Source: an uncultured Actinomycetota bacterium
GTDB lineage: Bacteria > Actinomycetota > Acidimicrobiia > Acidimicrobiales > Palsa-688
Length of the DNA stretch: 64,000 nt
Reading direction: 5' to 3'
Assembly: GCA_963733505.1 (NCBI GenBank)
Contig: CAVTDW010000017.1
Span: 28,564 to 92,563, forward strand
The notes beneath the pieces were generated by a model. That model was not told the DNA's origin, did not search any database, and saw nothing but the letters and a program-made list of their open reading frames with translations. The translations under genes were made by a program, and so were the position numbers. Below are positions 12,698 to 20,141 of the stretch, in pieces. Numbering within the stretch: position 1 is the first letter of the stretch; each line of letters opens with the position of its first letter.

Positions 12698-13450
12698 ATG
12701 ACCACCACCCACGCCAAAGCCCCCATGGACCCGATGAGGAAGACGGCGCTGGTCGCCGGCGTTCTCTACCTCGTCACCTTCGTCGGCTCCATCCCGGCGT
12801 TGGCCCTTTATCACAACATCCTCCACAACCCGCACTACATCCTCGGCGGAGCCAGCGACACCGGCGTTCTGTGGGGCGCCATCGGCGAGATCATCTGCGC
12901 ATTGGCCGGCATCGCTACCGCCGTCGTCCTTTACCCTGTCGCCAAGCGCCACAGCGACACCGCTGCCCTGGGTTTCGTGACGTCGCGGGTGATCGAGGCG
13001 GCGCTGATCTTCGTCGGCGTCCTTAGTGTCCTGTCGCTAGTCACCCTCCACAAGGCCGGCGCATCCAGCGGCGACGCGGCCTCAATGGTCGGCGCCGGGC
13101 GCGCACTCGTCGCTCTCCACGACTGGACCTTCCTGTTCGGCCCGGGGATCATGCCCGCGATCAACGCCCTGTGCATCGCCACCGTGATGTACCGCACACG
13201 GCTCATTCCGCGGATCATCCCGACGATCGGCCTGATCGGCGCCCCGATGCTGCTCGCTACCTCGATCGCCACACTCTTCGGCGCCTGGGACCAGGTCTCG
13301 TCGATCTCTTTCCTCGCCACCCTGCCGATTGCGGCCTGGGAGTTTTCGTTCGGCGTATGGATGGCGTTCAAGGGCTTCAGGCCGTCGGCCGCGGCTCAGC
13401 TCCCGGTGGCGCAGGCGAACATGCCCGCGCGAGTTCCGGTTGCCGCCTGA
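12698..13450 (+). CDS. DUF4386 family membrane protein
   Basis: A multi-TM protein: MRKTALVAGVLYLVTFVGSIPALALY...GVLWGAIGEIICALAGIATAVVLYPV... It is tightly coupled to the upstream small gene. Confidence 0.75.
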   Translation: MTTTHAKAPMDPMRKTALVAGVLYLVTFVGSIPALALYHNILHNPHYILGGASDTGVLWGAIGEIICALAGIATAVVLYPVAKRHSDTAALGFVTSRVIEAALIFVGVLSVLSLVTLHKAGASSGDAASMVGAGRALVALHDWTFLFGPGIMPAINALCIATVMYRTRLIPRIIPTIGLIGAPMLLATSIATLFGAWDQVSSISFLATLPIAAWEFSFGVWMAFKGFRPSAAAQLPVAQANMPARVPVAA

Positions 13451-13642
13451 ATCATCCAGGAACCAGGGAGTCGCCACTCCACCGCCGGGCAGGTGCCGTC
13501 GCTCATGCGGCGGCGCCGGCATGTGCCAGGTCCGATAGGAATCGCGACGGACTCAGGGTTCTCGTCAATCCTTGTCGTTTCGAGGGGTTACCGGGCCGGT
13601 GCGGGCACTCCGAGACAGCGCCGATGGACCGGTGCACCTGGT

Positions 13643-14092
13643 TCACACCGGTCCATCCCAGGACCACCGCGCCAGAGCCAGTCCGGCGGGGACGTCGTCC
13701 GCCGACGCCGGGTACGTCGACATTGCCGTGGTCGCCCATCGAAAGTAAGCCTTGAGGGTCGATCGCAGGCGAGGGTCGTCCGGGAGGCCTGCGTCATCGA
13801 GGGCCTGCGCAAAGCAGGCTTGCGCTCGCTCGTCCATCTCCAGGTGCTCACCGTTTCCCGAGTGCATGCGGACAACGCCTGACTCGTCGCCCATCGCTTC
13901 GGTGTACTCCGATGGTCCACCCAACACCTCAGCCCAGTAGGCAGCGAGGCGCTCCGAATGCTGAGGGTGGTAGCCATGCGAGAAGGCGTGGCTCACAACT
14001 CGGTCGGCCAGGCATCGCGCGTGCCACGCGTGTGCCAGGTCGAGGAAAGCTTGCCGCCCGCCCGCCACCTCGTAGATCGTCTGCGTCACCAA
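13643..14092 (-). CDS. Truncated hemoglobin (group II trHb-like)
   Basis: TIYEVAGGRQAFLDLAHAWHARCLADRVVSHAFSHG...RLAAYWAEVLGGPSEYT...MHSGNGEHLEMDERAQACFAQALDDAGL matches the truncated-globin fold pattern. Confidence 0.7.
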   Translation of the reverse strand: MVTQTIYEVAGGRQAFLDLAHAWHARCLADRVVSHAFSHGYHPQHSERLAAYWAEVLGGPSEYTEAMGDESGVVRMHSGNGEHLEMDERAQACFAQALDDAGLPDDPRLRSTLKAYFRWATTAMSTYPASADDVPAGLALARWSWDGPV

Positions 14093-14392
14093 CCCATGGT
14101 CGCGCGCGTTCAGTCGTTCGCCCGTACTGGAAGGCGCCCGAAGGAACCCGGTGTCCGCGGAACGAGACGGGCGCCGTGGGTGCCCAGTCCTAGCGACTCA
14201 ACGGCCGGTCCCGAGGCTATTGATCGCGACGTGTGAATCGAGGTAGGTCCCGTTCGTATCGCATTAGGACAGATGTGGCGGCGCCTCGGCCGGTAGGGGC
14301 CAAGTGGCTAGTTGTCAGGTAGATACCGCCAGGGGGATTGAGCATTGGCAGTTCGGGTACTTATTACCTATCCAATCCACAGGAGGAACGAA

Positions 14393-14545
14393 ATGGCTGA
14401 CGAGCACGTGTCCACCGAGGACCAGTCCGACCTTCCGCAGCAGCAGGATCCGCGCGGTGATTTGCTGAAGGCCCGCCCGGGCGGCGATACCGATATCATT
14501 GAGCCGAACCCCAACAGCGGCTACCGGGATCAGAAGCCCGAGTAA
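14393..14545 (+). CDS. Small acidic hypothetical protein (50 aa) with a strong Shine-Dalgarno sequence
   Basis: caggaggaacgaaATG gives MADEHVSTEDQSDLPQQQDPRGDLLKARPGGDTDIIEPNPNSGYRDQKPE. The upstream region is relatively AT-rich. A hairpin terminator lies 80 nt downstream. Confidence 0.4.
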   Translation: MADEHVSTEDQSDLPQQQDPRGDLLKARPGGDTDIIEPNPNSGYRDQKPE

Positions 14546-14626
14546 GTTCGGGGCCAGGGCAGGAGCGATCCTCTGTGGCCATCTGAGCTAAGACCGATAA
14601 ACAGCTGACGTAACTGAAGGCACCAT

Positions 14627-14670
14627 CAGCGACCGCCAAACGGCGGCTTCGCTGATGGTGCCGTCAGCGC
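14627..14670. terminator. Bidirectional hairpin between convergent genes
   Basis: GGCACCATCAGCGACCGCCAAACGGCGGCTTCGCTGATGGTGCC. The outer 14-bp stem GGCACCATCAGCGA/TCGCTGATGGTGCC is perfect and the inner stem is CCGCC/GGCGG with loop AAAC. Confidence 0.5.
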
Positions 14671-14743
14671 GTGCGGGGCGGTACGGCCGGATCTCTGACT
14701 CGTCCCACTCGATAACCCCGTAACCCCGGTCTAGGCTCCCGAC

Positions 14744-15958
14744 CTAGGCAGAGCGTCGAGCATTCTCCACGTCCAGGGCGCGGCCGCCCGTCAACACCGA
14801 CAGTTTGTCATGGGGACGGTAGAGCGATGTCCGGCGGTTCGACCACGAATCAAGGAGGTGGCAAGTGAACGCTTGTTCCAGTGCCATGATGCAGCGGGCG
14901 CCGAAGAGTACGTCTCCAGCTCGATCAGGCTCCAGGGCCGCAAATCCGGCAGCGAGACGCTGGCAGGCGATCACCTCGTGGACTGCGTCGGCTTCGACGT
15001 GCACATCGTAGAACCTCGCCGCCCGCGCGTCGACACCGAGACGATGCAGCGCCAGGCTATAACGACTATTCGGAACGACAGACGACATCTCGAACACCGC
15101 CAAGTGGCCGATCAGAGCCCCTCGCCACCGACGATGGAGTCCAAAGAGTGAAATAAGGTTCACCGTCGCCAAGGTGACTGCCGGAATTTCGTCGAGATAA
15201 TACCCGTACGTGGAGTCAAGTCCCAGGCACCGCATCGTGACACCAAAGAGGGTGGCGTGCATGGCCTCGAATCGACCGTTCCCGTACTCGTCCGCTTGGA
15301 TCTCGATCAAAGCCGCCTTCGGCTCCCCATGTAATCGGGGAATGACCCAACTATGCGGATCGGCTTCCTTCAACTGATACGCAGAACGGTGTATAGCGAA
15401 TTCCTGGAACTCACGCAGCGTCCCTCGCTCCGCCATATACTTCGAAAGCGACGGTCCGTCACCTCCATGGACGACTGCGTTGAGATCGTCCTTGACATCA
15501 TGCACAGGACCTGGCGGGCCCACGATCGCGATTACTCGATCAAGGAATTCTGCTTCGAGAACAGACCGAAATGCCAGCAAGCCGGCGTGCCATTCCCACC
15601 CGTCACTAACACCCTCGATTCCCCGGTAATGGAGTTCGTACAAGCAATACAAGGCCAGCTGAAGGTCTTCGTCGTCGGCGCCCTCCGCCGGAGGCCAAGC
15701 AGGATCGAGCATCCGCTCTGGTGACCGGCGGAGGTGATCGACGACGAACTCGCTGAGCACCCCGCGAGGCGCCGGAAGACTGAGCATCGATGGTCGCGTG
15801 ACCGACTTCTGACGGTGTGTGACCTCGAGGGCTGAGGCCGGGCAAACGATGCCCGTCCTCGAATCGCCTTCCGCCGTTACCACTGCGAGTGCTCCCGTTC
15901 TGTCGATTACCTGTACGTCAAGTGACGCAGGAGTTATCTCCATACCGGGCCAACTCAA
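14744..15958 (-). CDS. Iron-containing redox enzyme family protein (heme-oxygenase-like fold)
   Basis: The 404-aa ORF contains ...YCLYELHYRG...EFQEFAIHRSAYQLKEADPHSWVIPRLHG...IEIQADEYGNGRFEAMHATLF..., which is typical of the HO-like di-iron family (PF14518-type). The N-terminal roughly 57 aa may be an extension, with an alternative start at M58. Confidence 0.65.
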   Translation of the reverse strand: MSWPGMEITPASLDVQVIDRTGALAVVTAEGDSRTGIVCPASALEVTHRQKSVTRPSMLSLPAPRGVLSEFVVDHLRRSPERMLDPAWPPAEGADDEDLQLALYCLYELHYRGIEGVSDGWEWHAGLLAFRSVLEAEFLDRVIAIVGPPGPVHDVKDDLNAVVHGGDGPSLSKYMAERGTLREFQEFAIHRSAYQLKEADPHSWVIPRLHGEPKAALIEIQADEYGNGRFEAMHATLFGVTMRCLGLDSTYGYYLDEIPAVTLATVNLISLFGLHRRWRGALIGHLAVFEMSSVVPNSRYSLALHRLGVDARAARFYDVHVEADAVHEVIACQRLAAGFAALEPDRAGDVLFGARCIMALEQAFTCHLLDSWSNRRTSLYRPHDKLSVLTGGRALDVENARRSA

Positions 15959-16007
15959 CCCTTCGGCCGAATGATGCCTGAAGGAGGCGGTCTAGCCTGA
16001 TCGTGGG

Positions 16008-16679
16008 ATGACCGACTGGGCGACGATCTCGTCACTGGCAACGGCAGGCGGCACGCTCGTGCTGGCGGTAGCGACGTTCTACTCAGTCCGGTCGGCCAAC
16101 CGAGCGGCGCGAAGCTCGGAGCGCGCCCTGCAGGTCGGCCTCCGACCGGTGCTCTTCGCCTCGCGCTTTCAGGACCCGAAGCAGAAGATCCGATGGGGCG
16201 ACGACCACTGGGCCGCGCTCGGGGGCGGGCAGGCTGTCGTCGAGTCGAGCGATGGGATCGTCTACCTGGCCATGTCGTTGCGCAATGTCGGTTCGGGTCT
16301 CGCGGTCATTCACGGCTGGCGGACCGAGCCGACCGTGCTGCCGCTCAGCCCCACTGCGTCGATCGATCAGCGGCGAGCTGGCTTGGTCCGTCCAGAGATC
16401 GACCAGTTCCGGCCCCAGGGACGAGATCTCTACGTTCCGCCGGGAGACATCAGCTTCTGGCAGGCCGCGATCCGAGAGCCGGAGGATCCGGATCGGGCCG
16501 CCACCGTCGAAGTCATCGAACAGCGCGGAACGCTCACCATCGACCTCCTCTACGGAGACCACGAAGGAGGCCAACGCACCATCAGCCGCTTCATGGTCAC
16601 TCACCTTCCCGGGAATGACACGGACTGGGTGTGCTCGGTGGTCAGGCACTGGAACCTCGACCGCGACGATCCTCGCTAG
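16008..16679 (+). CDS. Hypothetical protein with an N-terminal transmembrane anchor
   Basis: It starts MTDWATISSLATAGGTLVLAVATFYSV (TM helix) and continues as a soluble domain. There is no recognisable family. A 655-aa antisense ORF overlapping it is judged spurious. Confidence 0.45.
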   Translation: MTDWATISSLATAGGTLVLAVATFYSVRSANRAARSSERALQVGLRPVLFASRFQDPKQKIRWGDDHWAALGGGQAVVESSDGIVYLAMSLRNVGSGLAVIHGWRTEPTVLPLSPTASIDQRRAGLVRPEIDQFRPQGRDLYVPPGDISFWQAAIREPEDPDRAATVEVIEQRGTLTIDLLYGDHEGGQRTISRFMVTHLPGNDTDWVCSVVRHWNLDRDDPR

Positions 16680-16844
16680 TTCGCCGAGGCGGCCTGAGGC
16701 CCGTTGGTAGCACGCCCGACTAGGCGGATACCGCAACACCAACTCGACACATGCCTGTCCATTCCCGATGATCCCAATCGTGCCCCCCAGGCGAATGGGG
16801 CGTACGACGGCCAGTCGGTCATGTTCACGAGAGGAGAGGCAGCG

Positions 16845-17426
16845 ATGGCCATACGAATGAGGATGCGTTGGGACGGCGCTACTCAGGAGCTCTATGACGA
16901 GGTGCGCAAGACGGTGGATTGGGAGGGCAATCCCGCTCCGGGCGGACTGCTCCACGTGTCGTGGTTCGTGGGTGACCAGCTCAACGTCTGCGACATCTGG
17001 GAGACGCCGGAGGACTTTAACGCCTTCGTCGAGACTCGGCTGATGCCGGGCGTGGCCCAGGCCGGAATCCCCGGCCAACCGGAGGTCGAGATTCACCCGG
17101 TGTACAACTGGCAGCTCGAGAAGCCATTCACACCCGGCAGCGTGGTCGAGGAGGACGAACTTCCCGCCGAGGCCTACAAGGCGCTGGAGGCCCAAGTCGG
17201 CTGGCGCGACGTCCCACCCGTTGGTGGCATCTTGCACATCGCCATCGTCGCCGGGGAGATGGTCCAGATGGTGACCGCGTGGGAGTCCGAGGCCGATGAG
17301 GAGAAGTTCGCAGCGGACCGTGTGGGTCCGGTGGCCGCCGCATTGGGCTTCCCCGAGCCGCCCCAGCCGGCATTCCACGAGATCCACGCCCTGTTCCATC
17401 CGGCGGGGGCAGTGACCCGGTCCTGA
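16845..17426 (+). CDS. Hypothetical protein with two tandem homologous roughly 90-aa alpha+beta domains
   Basis: ATG 16845 follows gaggagagg. The halves ELYDEVRKTVDWEGNPAPGGLLHVSWFVGDQLNVCDIWETPEDFNAFV and EAYKALEAQVGWRDVPPVGGILHIAIVAGEMVQMVTAWESEADEEKF are clearly related (internal duplication). Confidence 0.5.
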   Translation: MAIRMRMRWDGATQELYDEVRKTVDWEGNPAPGGLLHVSWFVGDQLNVCDIWETPEDFNAFVETRLMPGVAQAGIPGQPEVEIHPVYNWQLEKPFTPGSVVEEDELPAEAYKALEAQVGWRDVPPVGGILHIAIVAGEMVQMVTAWESEADEEKFAADRVGPVAAALGFPEPPQPAFHEIHALFHPAGAVTRS

Positions 17427-17637
17427 ACGACAGAAAGCCGGTCGCCGCCCGCGCAGGGGCGGCGACCGGTCGTCAGCCATGTCTGTGGGACATCTGTGTC
17501 TCTGTGGGCGCGATAAGGCGCTCGGACAGCCATAGAACGCCCACAGAAATCTAAGTCGCCCACAAACACCGCCGACCGACCGCCGACCACCGACCGCCGA
17601 CCGACAAACCGCACCTCGGAAAAAGGCAATCCGGCGT

Positions 17638-18639
17638 CTAGCCCGGTTCCGTCCCGGTGTCCGCAGCGGGCAGCCGGCTGGCAATGCCTGCCAAGCGCTG
17701 ACGCTCGGTGGCCACCCGCCGCTCGCCAAGCGCGATGTAGTCGGCGTCGGTGTCGAAGCCGATGTAGTGGCGCCCGGTCTGCAAGCACGCGATCGCCGTC
17801 TGGGCCGACCCGATGAACGGATCCACCACCACGTCGCCGACGTAGCTGTACAGCTCGATGAGCCGCCGCGGCAGTTCGACGGGAAAGGGCGCCGGATGTC
17901 CGACTCGGGTAGCTCGCTCAGGAGCGATCCGCCAGGTGTCGATCGTCCACGCCCGGAACTGCTCGGCGGTGATCGAGTTCTCGCACGGCAGTCCCCGCTC
18001 GCGTCGCTTCGGCCGCGACACAGCCCGGCCGAAACGACCCTTGCTGGCAATCACCACCCGCTCGGTCACATCCCGCAGTACCGGGTTGGCCGCTGAGGCA
18101 TAGGACCCCCAGGCGCAACTCCCGTTGGCGCCCGCGCCCTTGATCCACACCAACTCGCCTCGCAACAGCAAGCCCAGGTGGTCCTGGAGGATCCGGGTCA
18201 CGTCCCCGGCGAGGGACCGGTAGGGCTTGCGGCCCAGGTTGGCCACGTTGACTGCGATCCGCCCACCCGGCTCGAGGACGCGGGCGCACTCGGCGAAGAC
18301 GTCGCCGAGCATCTTCAGGTACTCGACGTACGACCCGGGAACATGCCCCGTTCCCAACGCCGCCTCGTAGTCCTTCCCAGCAAAATACGGTGGTGAGGTC
18401 ACCACCAAGGCCACCGATTTGGCGCTGATCATGGCCATGTCGCGGGCGTCGCCGACCACCAGGGTGTCGGTGACGGCACAAGTCCGGATCTCCTCGTCGT
18501 CGGAGATGGTCGGGGCGACGAACTGCTCGTAGAACGCCGATGCGTCGTGGCTCTCGCGCTTGCCGACGCCGAATCGTGACGTCCGCGTACCCCGCCCGAT
18601 GATGGGCATCGGCTCCCCGGACGCCCGCATACTGGTCAT
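17638..18639 (-). CDS. Beta-class DNA methyltransferase (N4-cytosine/N6-adenine family) with no adjacent restriction enzyme
   Basis: Motif IV VALVVTSPPYF precedes motif I VVVDPFIGSAQTAIA...YIGFDTDADY, the circularly permuted beta order. The start is probably M60 (or M63/M70) of the 392-aa track ORF. The upstream extension is repeat DNA. Confidence 0.8.
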   Translation of the reverse strand: MTSMRASGEPMPIIGRGTRTSRFGVGKRESHDASAFYEQFVAPTISDDEEIRTCAVTDTLVVGDARDMAMISAKSVALVVTSPPYFAGKDYEAALGTGHVPGSYVEYLKMLGDVFAECARVLEPGGRIAVNVANLGRKPYRSLAGDVTRILQDHLGLLLRGELVWIKGAGANGSCAWGSYASAANPVLRDVTERVVIASKGRFGRAVSRPKRRERGLPCENSITAEQFRAWTIDTWRIAPERATRVGHPAPFPVELPRRLIELYSYVGDVVVDPFIGSAQTAIACLQTGRHYIGFDTDADYIALGERRVATERQRLAGIASRLPAADTGTEPG

Positions 18640-18840
18640 GGCGATGACCCTAGTGACGGCCGTTCGCCCACCGGCGGACCATAGGGGCGGACAAAATGCG
18701 ACCACCGGCCGACCACCGGCCGACCACGGCCGACCACCAAGGACCTGGCGGTTCGGCCTCCCGTGAATCGATGGTCGGCCGGCCGCCGCGGGAATCGAGA
18801 GACCAGCCGGTATCATCGGAACTGCGGGGCCATCGAGGCG

Positions 18841-18883
18841 GTCAGCTCATGGCTGAAGGTTGGTTCGAATCCAACCGGTCCCA
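18841..18883 (+). pseudogene. tRNA 3' fragment (tRNA-Met CAT-like anticodon arm, T-arm and acceptor 3' strand); possible att-site remnant
   Basis: GTCAG-CTCATGG-CTGAA, then a T-arm GTTGG-TTCGAAT-CCAAC, then CGGTCCC-A. The 5' acceptor, D-arm and variable loop are missing, so no complete cloverleaf can be folded from 18808-18883. Confidence 0.45.
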
Positions 18884-19025
18884 CGTGCGAGCCTTCCGAC
18901 GTGCCTTGCTGGCCCTTGCAGCCACTGCCTTTGTGGCCGCGGTCGTCCGTTTGCGTGGCACTGGTGGCACGCCACCGCAGACGGGCGGCTGGCGTGAGCT
19001 GTCGGGCCCGGACCTTCGCTGATCC

Positions 19026-20126
19026 ATGCGTGCAGTCCTACTCGGGATGGGTGCGGTCGGCATCCGGGCGGCCCGCCAATTGGCAGCAACTGACGGCCTC
19101 GACCGCCTCGTCCTCGTTCATCACGATCGCGCCAAGCTGGCCGAAATCGCCGACGCCCTCAACAGTCCTTCTCGGGTCGAGACCGTTACCTGCGCACGCG
19201 GGACTCCTCCCGCCGAGGTTTTGGCGGATGCTGATGTGCTCGTCCTCACCTCACCGTCGGGCCATCGGGCCGCGGCTGAGGTAGCGCTCGAACGCGGCGT
19301 CCATGTGGTGTCGGTGTGCGACGAGATGGAGGAGGTCCGCGGGCTACTGGCACTCGACGCCGAGGCCCGGGAACGAGCGGTTTCCATCGTCATCGGGGCG
19401 GCGTTCGCTCCCGGTCTCAGCTGCGTATTAGCCCGCCACGCGGCGACTGCCTTCGACACGGTGCTCGAGGTGCACGTGGCCAGCATTGGCACCGGGGGCC
19501 CCGCCTGCGCTCGCAGGCACCACGCCGCGTTGTCCGAAACCGCGGTCGACTGGCGCGACGGAGTGTGGCGGCGTCGCCCCGGTGGGTCGGGCCGAGAGCT
19601 GTGTTGGTTCCCCGATCCCATCGGTGGCGCCGACTGCTACCGGGCGGCCCGGCCTGACGCCCTCCTGCTCGTGCCCGCCTTTCCAGGGGTGAAGCGGGTC
19701 ACGGCGCGCATGGCCGCCACGCGGCGTGATCGCCTCACGGCCTGGCTCCCCATGCTGCGAAAGCCTCATCCCGAAGGAATGCTCGGCGCGATTCGAGTGG
19801 AGGTCCGGGGCCAGCGAGGCGCGAGTCACAACGTCGAGGTGTACGGAGTCCTGGACCGACCCGCGGTGGCGACTGGCACCGTGGCCGCGGTCGTGGCCGC
19901 CTGGACGACCGAGGGGCGGCTGTCTCGGCCGGGCGCCGGGGGCTTGGCAGAACTGATCGACGAACCCGTCCCGTTCCTGCGGGAGCTGGCCCGGCGTGGG
20001 GTGCGCGCCGCGGTCTTCGAAGGTGGCGACTTCCAACTTGGCCCGCCTGGGGGCCACGTCGGCAACGGGTCGAACCGGCGCACCGATCAGTCCCAAGCCG
20101 GGACGATGCGGGCCGGCCAGGGCTAA
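19026..20126 (+). CDS. Saccharopine dehydrogenase-like NAD(P)-binding protein
   Basis: MRAVLLGMGAVGIRAARQLAAT... is a Rossmann motif, followed by ...DVLVLTSPSGHRAAAEVALERGVHVVSVCDE...SIVIGAAFAPGLSCVLARHAA (Sacchrp_dh_NADP-like). Confidence 0.6.
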   Translation: MRAVLLGMGAVGIRAARQLAATDGLDRLVLVHHDRAKLAEIADALNSPSRVETVTCARGTPPAEVLADADVLVLTSPSGHRAAAEVALERGVHVVSVCDEMEEVRGLLALDAEARERAVSIVIGAAFAPGLSCVLARHAATAFDTVLEVHVASIGTGGPACARRHHAALSETAVDWRDGVWRRRPGGSGRELCWFPDPIGGADCYRAARPDALLLVPAFPGVKRVTARMAATRRDRLTAWLPMLRKPHPEGMLGAIRVEVRGQRGASHNVEVYGVLDRPAVATGTVAAVVAAWTTEGRLSRPGAGGLAELIDEPVPFLRELARRGVRAAVFEGGDFQLGPPGGHVGNGSNRRTDQSQAGTMRAGQG

Positions 20127-20141
20127 GGGACTCTCGGCAAA

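Noticed and set aside
16083-18050. 655-aa minus-strand ORF spanning three plus-strand genes and the methylase
   Set aside because: The translation is Arg/Gly/Pro/Ser-rich nonsense (GRSDASGDCRARTRSPPSSSGRGRS...) typical of antisense frames in 70% GC DNA. It overlaps better-supported genes on both strands.
18808-18883. Attempt to fold a complete 76-nt tRNA ending at 18883
   Set aside because: No 5' acceptor strand complementary to CGGTCCC and no D-arm. Only the anticodon-arm-like segment and the T-arm/acceptor 3' half are present. I reported it as a fragment or pseudogene instead.
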